A stretch of 21,080 nucleotides of DNA from Acidobacteriota bacterium. Lineage in GTDB: Bacteria > Acidobacteriota > UBA6911 > JACQSX01. Location: the NCBI GenBank assembly GCA_036507075.1, contig DASXQR010000065.1, forward strand, positions 1 through 21,080, in the 5' to 3' direction. The translations under genes and the position numbers were made by a program. How positions within the stretch are numbered: the stretch's first letter is position 1; the number at the start of each line of letters is the position of its first letter. This document shows positions 1-9,020 of this stretch, in pieces. The notes under the pieces were generated by a model. That model worked only from the letters and a program-made list of their open reading frames with translations, was not told where the DNA came from and made no database searches.

Positions 1-345
1 TCGCACTCCATCTGCAAAGAAGTATTGGCTATTGCAAAACGCAAACGCTAAAAATTGCGGTCCATCATCTGATGCGTGCTATCGGATAAATAATAAACAT
101 GTTTGCTCTGCCTCGGATGTTCAGTTTCTCGACAACAATTATCGGGAAGAGCATTTCGAGCAAACTGGCATTTAAGCGACTTCATCGTCTTCGTCCGAGC
201 ATAACCCCTCATGCTGGGAAGAGAGATGCTCTTAGGCACTAAAAGTCGCCTGAAGCTCGCTGTACTGAATCTGACAAGCAGTGCCAGCGCACGGCGGTAG
301 AGGCGGTAATGAGGAATTGAGAACGCCTGCATCTTGGAGCCTTTG

Positions 346-369
346 TTCGTGGCTTCGTGCCTTCGTGGC
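346..369. repeat. Three 8-bp units TTCGTG(G/C)C; member of the (A)CCACGAAG-GCACGAAG intergenic family
   Basis: ttcgtggc ttcgtgcc ttcgtggc, just downstream of the minus-strand OYE stop. The reverse complement resembles the copies at 8905, 14311 and 18363. Confidence 0.6.
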
Positions 370-387
370 AGCTCGTGGGCCTGGGCG

Positions 388-1923
388 TCAGATTGACGCC
401 AGTTTCGCGGATTTGATTTTTCTCAGGATTTCACCGTCGGGATGGTTCTTGTAGAAAGGGTCGAGTGGAAAACAGCCCGAAACCAGGCCGTTGCGAGGGC
501 CCGTGGTGCAGTCGCTGAAGGTGCGGCACAGGGATTTTGTCTGCAGCGGTCGTCCCGCCAGCACGTCGGCTGCCAGTCGCGGATACGATAAGATCAGGCG
601 TCCCAGGCCCACGAAGTCCGTGTAGCCTTTTCTCACATTGTGCTGCGCGACATGGGGTATCCATTCCTGCAGGTAGGAGTATCCCGATCCCACAAACACC
701 AAATCAGGAAAAACCTGCTTGAGCCGGCGAGTCACGTCGATGTGGCGTGCCACTCCGGCCAGTGGATCTTCGGGCGGATGGTAGCCGTCCGACGGAGGGA
801 ACAGCGCCGGCCGCTGGATGTGCGGGTTGTAATAAGGACTGCCGGCCGTAATGCAGACCCAACGAATCTTCAACTCCTGCAGCAGCTTCAAAAACGCGAT
901 CGCTTCATCCAGCTTTAGATGCAGCGGGTCCGCAGGGTCCGCGCCAAAGGCGTAGCGATAGGGAGTGGAAAACGCTTCGGGAACTCCTGTGCCATCCTTT
1001 CCGCCGGCGAAAGGCACAATATCAAACGCGCTCAGACGGACAGCGATGTCCAGCGCTGGAGCGCGGGCTCGAATGCCTGCCACAATTTCGCGCAGAAAAC
1101 GGGTGCGGTGTTCAAAACTCCCGCCAAACATCCCGTCGCGATCCACCGCGCTCAGGAACTCATGGCCCAGGTAGCCGTGGCAGTGCTTGATATCGACAAA
1201 TTGAAATCCGACGTCATAGGCATGGCCGGCGCAACGGATGAAATCGTCAATCAATCGGGAAATTTCTGAATCGCTCAGGCAAGGATAATCAGGTGGTATG
1301 CCAAACCGCCGATCAAGGATAGGGTGGTGATAGAGAATTTTCGGCTCCAGCTTCTTCTTGTCTGTAGGACGGCAGAAGCGACCGGAGTGGGTCAATTGCA
1401 GTCCGACAAACAGATCCGCGGTATCTCCAAAGTTCCGGGCATGTTCTTCAACCAGGACAGTGCGCAGCGACGCCAGATCAGATTTGTTTTCGTTCCGGAA
1501 CACCAGCTGGTTGGGGTTGGCTCTTCCTTCCGTGCACACGGCCACCGCCTCGCCGCCCCAGATCAGTTTTGCTCCACTTTCGCCGAACCGCCGCCAGCGC
1601 CGCGATGTCAGCTCGCTCGGCTTGCCGTCGCTGGTCCCGTCCCAGCCTTCCATGGGAAGCACGCAAAAACGGTTCCCGATCCGAGCGGGACGCCGCGATG
1701 GCGTCCGTTCCGGCGGTCCCGCGGCGCCATTCCGCCGCGTCTGTGCAGGCCGGGCAGGCAACGCCTGCGGGTCGATGACAAATGGCTGCGCCAGGGGGGC
1801 CAGGGGCCCGCTTTCGACTTTGTCATCGAATTCGAGAGACAGCGAAAGTGATCTTATATAATCACGAAACGCATCGGCAGACTTGAAAGACGCGATTCGC
1901 GGATACCGGCTTGACTGCGTCAT
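388..1923 (-). CDS. NADH:flavin oxidoreductase / Old Yellow Enzyme-like FMN TIM-barrel protein
   Basis: 511 aa. Motifs [45 protein letters not shown] (variant of HxAHGYL), [11 protein letters not shown] and DFVGLGR. The ATG overlaps the upstream stop (ATGA at 1920-1923). Confidence 0.88.
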   Translation of the reverse strand: MTQSSRYPRIASFKSADAFRDYIRSLSLSLEFDDKVESGPLAPLAQPFVIDPQALPARPAQTRRNGAAGPPERTPSRRPARIGNRFCVLPMEGWDGTSDGKPSELTSRRWRRFGESGAKLIWGGEAVAVCTEGRANPNQLVFRNENKSDLASLRTVLVEEHARNFGDTADLFVGLQLTHSGRFCRPTDKKKLEPKILYHHPILDRRFGIPPDYPCLSDSEISRLIDDFIRCAGHAYDVGFQFVDIKHCHGYLGHEFLSAVDRDGMFGGSFEHRTRFLREIVAGIRARAPALDIAVRLSAFDIVPFAGGKDGTGVPEAFSTPYRYAFGADPADPLHLKLDEAIAFLKLLQELKIRWVCITAGSPYYNPHIQRPALFPPSDGYHPPEDPLAGVARHIDVTRRLKQVFPDLVFVGSGYSYLQEWIPHVAQHNVRKGYTDFVGLGRLILSYPRLAADVLAGRPLQTKSLCRTFSDCTTGPRNGLVSGCFPLDPFYKNHPDGEILRKIKSAKLASI

Positions 1924-2906
1924 GTTAAAGCAAGCTGCTCAAGACGGTCGGCCAGATGGCGCAGCGCTTCACGATCTGTTTTTGGGCGTGCCGGACAATC
2001 CGGGTGGGGGTTGTCGCAGGCAATCAGGCCGCGAAGCTTGAGAAACTGGGCAGCACTGTGACGGTAGGCGGGAACCGGCGGGCGGAAGGCATAGGAACCG
2101 ATTGCCTGCAGCACGTCGTTGATGGCAAAAAAATTAGAATCACCCTGATGCCAGCATCGATCGCGACGCGCGAAAAAGTCGGGAGCGAAACTGGCCAGGC
2201 CGAGCAGGTAATCACTGCCGTACATGACCATGTCGATTGCCAGGTCGTTTCCGGTGTAGATCTTGAAATCGGGACGGATGCGATCCCTGATTTCCAGGCG
2301 CGCCCATTCCAGCCGCCGGTTCAGCGAAGAGTGCTTTATCCCCTGAATCTGCGGAATTTCCATTATTTCCTGCGCCAGTTCCAGAGGATAAATCTGCCCA
2401 AAGGAGGCAAACATTTCTCCCAGCTCAAATGCCAGCAGGGCATCGGTGTGACGCGCGACAGTGCGATACACATCGGCAATCTGTGCAGAAGTCATCTGCT
2501 TGAGAGCCGCACACTGGAAAAGAATAGGCAACCCGCCGAAAGATCGAACCAATTCCACCTGGCGGGCATAGGCAGGAATTACGTCGCTGTCTTCGATTGC
2601 AATAAAGGCGCCGGCGATAAAACGGCTTTTGCCTGCCACGTCCCTGGTGATGCGCAATATCTCGATTTGCTGTTCGCCGCTGATCAGATTGACGTACCCG
2701 GTATCCATGTTTACGGCGGGCGCGAGGCCGCTTTTGAGCGTGAATTTCAACAGATTGGCAAAGCTGTCAAAGTCGGGCCGGCCGTCGGGCAGAAACGGAA
2801 GCAGCACGGCAGCGATGCCCTCTATCTTGCGGTAAGGGACAACTCTGCCGAGGACTTCTTCGACCCCGAGTTGCCGGGAAGGGGATACGGGATCTTGTAC
2901 GCTCAC
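1920..2906 (-). CDS. Dihydrodipicolinate synthase (DHDPS/NAL)-family class I aldolase-like protein
   Basis: [16 protein letters not shown]-terminal strand, GIKHSS Schiff-base Lys motif and YTGND. Start moved from the ORF-track ATG at 2939 to the GTG at 2906, which has AAGGAG 7 nt upstream. Confidence 0.8.
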   Translation of the reverse strand: MSVQDPVSPSRQLGVEEVLGRVVPYRKIEGIAAVLLPFLPDGRPDFDSFANLLKFTLKSGLAPAVNMDTGYVNLISGEQQIEILRITRDVAGKSRFIAGAFIAIEDSDVIPAYARQVELVRSFGGLPILFQCAALKQMTSAQIADVYRTVARHTDALLAFELGEMFASFGQIYPLELAQEIMEIPQIQGIKHSSLNRRLEWARLEIRDRIRPDFKIYTGNDLAIDMVMYGSDYLLGLASFAPDFFARRDRCWHQGDSNFFAINDVLQAIGSYAFRPPVPAYRHSAAQFLKLRGLIACDNPHPDCPARPKTDREALRHLADRLEQLALT

Positions 2907-3048
2907 TGTGCCGCTCCTTTTGCTCTTTGCTTTGTTCATCCGACGCAGTCTACAGAAGCTGCCTCTCGCGTCTCATAGACCCGGGTCCGGCAAAATCGTT
3001 CAATTTAGGGTTTTTCCGCCTCAGTCCGAAATGCCTGTCGACGGAGAG

Positions 3049-3066
3049 CTGGAAAACGTTTTCCAG
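3049..3066. promoter_or_regulatory. LacI/GalR-type operator (perfect 18-bp palindrome)
   Basis: CTGGAAAAC|GTTTTCCAG has a central CG and A/T-rich flanks, matching the general LacI-family pattern. It lies 7 nt downstream of a minus-strand -10 box. Confidence 0.75.
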
Positions 3067-3073
3067 TTTGAGA

Positions 3074-3103
3074 ACATTAGCATGGGCTCGTTTGCCGCTG
3101 CAA
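3074..3103 (-). promoter_or_regulatory. Putative sigma70 promoter of the aldolase-OYE operon
   Basis: The minus strand reads TTGCAG-N18-TAATGT with an extended -10 (TGc). The LacI palindrome covers the expected start site. Confidence 0.5.
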
Positions 3104-3444
3104 CACGTTTTTGGATGCGTGGCCCGGCCATGCGCCGGTTTGTCGTGTCTTCTGGTCTTGGCCAAACCGATCGCCTTTTGAACCGCGGATGGACCGAAGA
3201 AGTTCAATCTTCTGTAATCGTGATTCAATAAATTGTATAGGGCCTTCTTTGAAGGATGCATCGGGTGCATTTCACGCTTACCTTGCACCAGAATGTCTGT
3301 CCGGCGAGCGTCGGTCTAACTGGTGCAAACTGAGCTTTTTTGGTTTAAGAGCAATTAGTTACAACTTATGCCGCTCAGGCCTGATTCAGGGCTCGACTTC
3401 CTCGTGCAGAGTGACCGGAAGGGATTTGACTCACCGCTCGCAGT

Positions 3445-3460
3445 GGGCATGCGAATTGCG
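3445..3460 (+). promoter_or_regulatory. Candidate sigma54 (-24/-12) promoter upstream of the TonB-dependent receptor
   Basis: GGGCATGCGAATTGCG versus consensus TGGCACG-N4-TTGCW, with exact GG-N10-GC spacing. IHF-like sites lie upstream at 3223-3235 and 3349-3361. Confidence 0.35.
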
Positions 3461-3529
3461 TGTTTATCTCGGAGTGACTTCAGCACTTTTCACCAGGGCG
3501 GTTAGTCCCTGAGTTTGGATATTTCCATG

Positions 3530-3649
3530 CGTAGAGACGCGGCATGCCGCGTCTGAGTTGGACGCGACATGTCGCGTCCAAAGCGCCGCAAGGCGGCGCG
3601 GGCGCGATTTATCGCACCCGACTCGGACGCGACGTGTCGCGTCTCTACG
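3530..3649. repeat. GTAG-type REP/REPIN-like composite palindromic element
   Basis: Begins CGTAGAGACGCG and ends CGCGTCTCTACG. Internal palindromes lie at 3535-3554 (perfect 20 bp), 3558-3581 (perfect 24 bp), 3583-3599, 3599-3620 and 3626-3643. Confidence 0.8.
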
Positions 3650-3737
3650 GCATAATGGTCCAGAATCGAGCGACAGTTAGTATCATCCGCTACGGGTGTG
3701 AGTTTCTTTCGCTTTGAAACTTTGGGGGGCAACTTAT

Positions 3738-6700
3738 ATGAGACTGCAAAATGGTTTGTGTTCGGTTTTGGCGATCGTGTTGGCGGCCGCTGGCCCTGGC
3801 GCAGGTCTGCTTTATGGGCAAGCAGTAAAAGCGAGTCTGGTCGGAGCGGTCACCGATGCCACTGGCGCCATCGTGCCCGGTGCGGATGTGACCATCACGG
3901 AAACTAAAACCCGCTACTCACGATCGACTGTAACCAACGACAGTGGCAACTATGTCTTCGGGAACCTGGATCCCGGAGTTTACAAAGTGGAGGTTCAGTT
4001 GCCCGGGTTTAAAAAGGGCGTTCGCGACAACGTGGACGTGCTCGTCAACACTACGGTTCGCGTGGATCTGCAATTGCAGACCGGCGAGATCTCCCAGTCC
4101 GTGGAAGTCATTGGCACTACACCTATGCTGCAGACCGACCGCGCCGACGTGGGACGGAAGTTCGAAGTAGCGCAGATCGAAAACATGCCACTCGGGACAA
4201 ACCGGAATTTTCAGGGATTGATGAATGGAATGCCGGGGGCTGTCCGAGGCCACCGCGAGCATTCGGAATTCTTCAACCCGCAGGACAGCCTGCGCTCGGA
4301 AGTAAACGGCCAGTCCGGTCTTGCCAACAACGTGCAGATTGAAGGAGTCGATAACAATCATCGCACCGGACTCCTGACTGCGCTCATTCCTCCGATTGAA
4401 GCGCTTCAGACCATAGATATCACCACCAGCAACTACGAGGCGGAGTTAGGACGTGCCGCCGGCGCGGTCGTCAACGTGGCGCTCAGGTCTGGAACAAACA
4501 GTTTTCATGGCAGTTTGTATGAGTTCAACCGGGTCAGCAAGCTATCCGCTCGAAACTACTTCGCGTCGGCCAAGGCGCCCACTGTTTCCAACTTATTCGG
4601 CGGCACCATCGGCGGGCCGATCAAGAAAGACAAAACGTTTTTCTTCTTTGATTTTCAGGGAATTCGGGATCGCCGCGGCGATGTCACTATAGTGACCATC
4701 CCAACGATGGAGTTTCGCCGGGGTGATCTGAGTACATCTCCGACCACTATCTACGATCCTGCTACCGGCACGCCAGACGGGAAGAGCCGCACAGCTTTTC
4801 CGGGCAACATAATTCCAGACAAGAGAATCAGCCCTGTTACAAAAAAAATCCTGGCGCTGTTGCCGCCACCTAACCGTCCCGGTATCACCAACAATTTTGA
4901 AAAAGCGACCGTGCGCAGGAAAGATTCCAATTCGTTCGACGCGAAGATTGACCACAAGTTCTCGGAGAATAACACAATTGCTATTCGTTACAGCTTTCAG
5001 CGACCAGTGACTTTCGACCCCGGCCTCTATAGCGATATCGTCGGCGGCCCCAAGGCGGGCGGTTTCGCCGCCAACGGAGTCCAGCGCGCCCAGAATGGAG
5101 CCGCGAACTACACGCACATCTTCAATCCCGGTTTCATTACAGAAATTCGTTTTGGTGTGATGCGGTATCGCAATGATGCGAAAAATCTGGATGCGGGAAA
5201 ACTGACAGCTAACGAACTTGGCATTCCCGGGGTAAATCTGGATGAATTCACCAGCGGCATACCAGGCGTCAACATCACCGGCTACAGTGGCCCGGTGGTC
5301 GGCTTTTCGGCCAGCCTTCCCTGGGTTCGGGCAGAAACCAATTTTGATCTGGTGAGCAACTGGACACGCATTTTCGGCAATCACACCTTAAAATGGGGAG
5401 CCGACGTACGCCGCAATCGTGATGACCTGCTTCAAACACAAAGTTTCAGCCCGCGCGGTCTATTTAACTTCACGGCGGGCCCGACGGCCCTGAACGGCGG
5501 CCCTGCGAGCGGATTTGCGAATGCCTTCGCCAGTTTTCTTCTCGATTTACCGAATAGCTTTGGACGTGACCTGCCGGGAATCTTCCCTACGTTTCGACAG
5601 ACGCAGCTCTTTACGTACGTTCAGGACAAGTGGGTAGTAACACCGAAGCTAACGATGGACATTGGCATGCGTCATGAGATCTATGGCCCTGCCACGCCCG
5701 CTGTACGCGGGGGTTTCTCCAACTACAATCCCACGACGAACAGTCTGGAACTGGCGGGTTTGGGAAGCATCCCCATGGACGCCGGAGTGAATGTGGACTG
5801 GCTTAACTTCGCACCGCGATTTGGCCTGGCTTACCGCGCCAGCGAGAAAACGGTGATTCGTGCCGGTTTTGGAATTTCCATCGATCCCTCGTATCCAGAC
5901 GATAAGTGGGCCTACAATTACCCCGTCAAGCAGAATAACTCTTTTGATCCGGTGAATTCGTTCAGTTGGCCCGGATCTATGGCCACCGGCTTTGGGCCGC
6001 CGTTGCCGGTGCAGCTACCGAGCAACGGCATCATTCCCAATGCTCCCGCGCAGTTTTACCTTGTGCTGCCGCGCCCGCTGCGCCAGGGATATGTGCAATC
6101 CTGGAACGTCACAGTGCAGCGCGCTTTGCCCTGGAAACTTACATTTGAGGCAGGCTACGTCGGGAACCACGGAGTGGGGAATCTCGCCCAGCAGGACATT
6201 AACGCGAGCCGGGTTCCCGGGTCGGGAGCTGCCGGGCGGCCGCTTAATCAGCTTTTTGGCCGGCTTGCGGAAACAAGGACTTGGACACCCTTGGGGACGA
6301 ATTACAATTCGCTGCAGGTCAAATTTGATCGGCGCTTCTCAGATGGTTTTCTTCTGACAACCGCTTATACGTATGGGAAGGGCATCAACTACGTCGATGA
6401 CAATGGCGGTTTGTTCATTCCCATTAATTTCCGCGCGAACCGCGGACGGAGTAACTTTGACCGGGAGCACTCCTATGTGCAGAGCTTCTTATATGAGCTC
6501 CCGTTCGGGCCGGGGCACCGATGGGTGCAGTCTGGTCCGGGAAAGTGGATCGTGGGTGGCTGGCAAATCAGCGGCGTTTTCTCCGCCTATTCGGGCCTTC
6601 CTCTGGACATCACTATCAGTAACACTACTCTCAACGCTCCCGGCAACAATAATCGTCCAAATATGAGTGGGAACCCGGAGATCACGGGAAATATCGGGGT

Positions 6701-6998
6701 GGGTCAAAAATACTTTGACGTCACCAAGTTCTCCCAGCCACCGGCCAACACTTTCGGGAACGTGGGAAGGAGAATTCTTCACGGGCCGAACCTGGTGAAC
6801 CTGGATGCCGCAGTTTTCAAGAAATTCCCAGTCACCGAGAGGATTGCCGGGGAGTTTCGCGTCGAGTCCTTCAATGTAAGCAATACCCCGCATTTCAACA
6901 ATCCGAGCGGGAATTTCAGCGGCACAAGCTTTGGCGAGGTTACCGGCGCTGCCGCAGATCAGAGGCAGTTCCAGTTCAGTCTGAAGTTTGTTTTCTGA
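3738..6998 (+). CDS. TonB-dependent outer-membrane receptor with N-terminal carboxypeptidase-regulatory-like domain (Oar-like, Acidobacteria type)
   Basis: About 1086 aa from the ATG at 3738. Sec signal peptide, then GAVTDATGAIVPGA...GNYVFGNLDPGVYKVEV, plug motif YEAELGRAAGAVVNV.LRSGTN, YVQDKW, NFAPRFGLAY and a C-terminal beta-signal RQFQFSLKFVF. Confidence 0.93.
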   Translation: MRLQNGLCSVLAIVLAAAGPGAGLLYGQAVKASLVGAVTDATGAIVPGADVTITETKTRYSRSTVTNDSGNYVFGNLDPGVYKVEVQLPGFKKGVRDNVDVLVNTTVRVDLQLQTGEISQSVEVIGTTPMLQTDRADVGRKFEVAQIENMPLGTNRNFQGLMNGMPGAVRGHREHSEFFNPQDSLRSEVNGQSGLANNVQIEGVDNNHRTGLLTALIPPIEALQTIDITTSNYEAELGRAAGAVVNVALRSGTNSFHGSLYEFNRVSKLSARNYFASAKAPTVSNLFGGTIGGPIKKDKTFFFFDFQGIRDRRGDVTIVTIPTMEFRRGDLSTSPTTIYDPATGTPDGKSRTAFPGNIIPDKRISPVTKKILALLPPPNRPGITNNFEKATVRRKDSNSFDAKIDHKFSENNTIAIRYSFQRPVTFDPGLYSDIVGGPKAGGFAANGVQRAQNGAANYTHIFNPGFITEIRFGVMRYRNDAKNLDAGKLTANELGIPGVNLDEFTSGIPGVNITGYSGPVVGFSASLPWVRAETNFDLVSNWTRIFGNHTLKWGADVRRNRDDLLQTQSFSPRGLFNFTAGPTALNGGPASGFANAFASFLLDLPNSFGRDLPGIFPTFRQTQLFTYVQDKWVVTPKLTMDIGMRHEIYGPATPAVRGGFSNYNPTTNSLELAGLGSIPMDAGVNVDWLNFAPRFGLAYRASEKTVIRAGFGISIDPSYPDDKWAYNYPVKQNNSFDPVNSFSWPGSMATGFGPPLPVQLPSNGIIPNAPAQFYLVLPRPLRQGYVQSWNVTVQRALPWKLTFEAGYVGNHGVGNLAQQDINASRVPGSGAAGRPLNQLFGRLAETRTWTPLGTNYNSLQVKFDRRFSDGFLLTTAYTYGKGINYVDDNGGLFIPINFRANRGRSNFDREHSYVQSFLYELPFGPGHRWVQSGPGKWIVGGWQISGVFSAYSGLPLDITISNTTLNAPGNNNRPNMSGNPEITGNIGVGQKYFDVTKFSQPPANTFGNVGRRILHGPNLVNLDAAVFKKFPVTERIAGEFRVESFNVSNTPHFNNPSGNFSGTSFGEVTGAAADQRQFQFSLKFVF

Positions 6999-6999
6999 G

Positions 7000-7052
7000 G
7001 ACACGAATTACAGACACGAATTACAGACACGAATTACACGAATTGACACGAA
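7000..7052 (+). repeat. Tandem ACACGAA(TT) repeat, 5 cores with 9-13 bp spacing
   Basis: gacacgaattaca gacacgaattaca gacacgaatt acacgaatt gacacgaa, starting 2 nt after the receptor stop. The core is the same as at 17134-17197. Confidence 0.85.
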
Positions 7053-7188
7053 AATGGATGCAGTCTCGAAGGATGAGCTCCGTGCCAGGGGTCAGTTAAC
7101 CTGAGTAGCGTTGCTCATCTCTCGACCTCGCTAAGTTGTCGAGCAAGCTCAATCCTTTCGCGCCTTCGCGGTTCCAGCCTTTTCCCAT

Positions 7189-7206
7189 CTGGTAAACGTT
7201 TTCTAT
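7189..7206. promoter_or_regulatory. Second LacI-type operator, upstream of apbE
   Basis: CTGGTAAACGTTTTCTAT matches the 3049-3066 palindrome at 15 of 18 positions. A TATATT -10-like hexamer follows at 7229-7234. Confidence 0.6.
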
Positions 7207-7291
7207 TCCCTTGTCTGCGTCTTTCGACTATATTGATGAACCGGATAATTTTGAGTTACCCTGAGTTGCAGGGAAAGTCACTCTCTTCGAA

Positions 7292-8299
7292 ATGCCACTG
7301 AACAGGCGACAATTCTTCTCGCTTCCGCGCCGCGCCCGGCGGCGTCAAGGCTACTGGCTCCATGTATATCGCACGGCCATGGCCTGCCGGTTTGAGATCA
7401 CCCTGCCTCTTGCAGAGACCGCCGCTGTGCAGTGCGCGCGCGACGCGCTCGATAAGATTGACGCGCTGGAAGCAAGACTGACTGTCTATCGCAGTGACAG
7501 CGAAATCGCTTTGATCAATGACAAGGCCGCCTGGCAGCCTGTTTGCCTGGCGCAGGATTTATTACAGTTGATCCTGCTATGCCGCCGCATCCATATGGAG
7601 ACGGATGGCGCATTCGACATTACCACAGGCCCTCTGATCCGCAGTTGGGGTTTCCTGACACGCCAGGGGCGCCTCCCGTCGCGGGAAGAACTGGAATCGG
7701 CGCGCGGCCGCGTCGGTATGGGCCGCGTTCTGCTGGACCCAGACAACTCGACAATTCAGTTTCAAGACCCGGGAATGGAGTTGAACCTGGGGAGCATTGG
7801 AAAGGGATACGCGCTGGATCGCGTTGCTCCCGAACTGAGACGCGATACGCGCGGCGCGCTTCTCAGCGCGGGAAGCAGCAGCGTGCTTGCCGTCGGGAAT
7901 CCTGGAGGATCGCAAGGCTGGCGGGTCGGCGTGCGCCATCCATACCTGAAGCAGCGACGCATCGCCCACCTCTGGCTCCGTGATTGCGCCATGTCGACCA
8001 GCGGAAGCGGGGAGCAGTTTTTCGAGCACGAAGGGAAGCGCTACGGCCACATTCTGGACCCGCGCAGCGGGCAACCGGCCCAGGGAGTTGCCGGAGTCAC
8101 CGTAGTTGCGCGCTCGGCTGCGCTCGCGGAAGCGCTTTCTACCGCGTTTTACGTAGGAGGAGTCCAACTAGCCGGACAATACTGTGCTCGCCATCCCGAC
8201 GTTGTCGCCTTGATGCTGATGGAACAGGACTGGAACACGCCGCTTCTGTTTGGCGCGAGCAATAAGTGCGATGTGGAGATTCTCGATGGACAAAAGTAG
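7292..8299 (+). CDS. apbE: FAD:protein FMN transferase (ApbE family)
   Basis: 335 aa. Motifs [54 protein letters not shown] and VTVVA...AEALSTA. Confidence 0.9.
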   Translation: MPLNRRQFFSLPRRARRRQGYWLHVYRTAMACRFEITLPLAETAAVQCARDALDKIDALEARLTVYRSDSEIALINDKAAWQPVCLAQDLLQLILLCRRIHMETDGAFDITTGPLIRSWGFLTRQGRLPSREELESARGRVGMGRVLLDPDNSTIQFQDPGMELNLGSIGKGYALDRVAPELRRDTRGALLSAGSSSVLAVGNPGGSQGWRVGVRHPYLKQRRIAHLWLRDCAMSTSGSGEQFFEHEGKRYGHILDPRSGQPAQGVAGVTVVARSAALAEALSTAFYVGGVQLAGQYCARHPDVVALMLMEQDWNTPLLFGASNKCDVEILDGQK

Positions 8300-8816
8300 C
8301 CGCCATCCTTTGTCATCGCTGCAGCAGACCGCGCTGATCCTTCTGCGGACACTGATCGGATGGCACTTCCTGTATGAGGGCTATTACAAAATCGTACAAC
8401 CGGCTTGGAGCTTGTCCGGGCAGCCGCTCCCACGGTGGTCTTCGGTCGGATATTTGAGGGCCGCGTCCGGTCCGCTGGGGGGTTTGCTGCGAAAAATGGC
8501 GGAATCGGGCTGGACGCCGATCATGGACCGCGTCGTGGAAACAGCGCTGCTGGTGATTGGTCTATCCCTGATTTTGGGATTTTTTACGCAACTGGGTTGC
8601 TATGGGGCGCTCGCTCTGCTTGCCCTGTTTTACATCTTGTCCGTTCCCGTTCAAGGTACGCCGCAGCCGGGAACGGAAGGAACCTATCTGCTGGTGAATA
8701 AAAACCTGGTGGAATTGGCCGCTGTGCTGGTCCTGCTGGCCTTTCGAACCGGTGAAATCGCAGGCCTGGATCTGCTTCGCCGTGGTTCCAATCGCGCTGC
8801 ATCGCCGGCGGTTTAG
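8286..8816 (+). CDS. DoxX family membrane protein (DoxD / thiosulfate:quinone oxidoreductase small-subunit-like)
   Basis: The ATG at 8286 has a GGAG RBS and overlaps the apbE stop. Motifs [35 protein letters not shown] and GLD, with about 4 hydrophobic helices. Confidence 0.82.
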   Translation: MDKSSRHPLSSLQQTALILLRTLIGWHFLYEGYYKIVQPAWSLSGQPLPRWSSVGYLRAASGPLGGLLRKMAESGWTPIMDRVVETALLVIGLSLILGFFTQLGCYGALALLALFYILSVPVQGTPQPGTEGTYLLVNKNLVELAAVLVLLAFRTGEIAGLDLLRRGSNRAASPAV

Positions 8817-8872
8817 GTCATCAGTGATTGGTGGTCGTTGGTGGTGCGGTCATGCTGTGTGAAGGTTCAGGA

Positions 8873-8922
8873 GCTTGGTGCCTTGGTGGTAAAAAAAGAA
8901 TTGAACCACGAAGACACCAAGC
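8873..8922. repeat. Inverted repeat of the ACCACGAAG-ACACCAAG family
   Basis: GCTTGGTGCCTTGGTGGT (8873-8890) and ACCACGAAGACACCAAGC (8905-8922) are complementary at 16 of 18 positions. Confidence 0.7.
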
Positions 8923-9020
8923 CTGGTTTGGCAACTTGTGCGGTTGATCCGGGGGCCCTGATAGGTAACGCGAAAACGATAGTAGAATAGAAACTAAATC
9001 TGATTAAGGAACGAAACACG

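Noticed and set aside
1956..2978. Long antisense ORFs (also 17331-18362 + and 18509-19648 -)
   Set aside because: They are shadow frames of well-supported genes in GC-rich DNA and show no recognisable motifs.
2908..3732. Short ORFs in the divergent intergenic region, and the ORF at 48-332
   Set aside because: They show no family motifs or convincing RBS and overlap operator, promoter and palindromic DNA.
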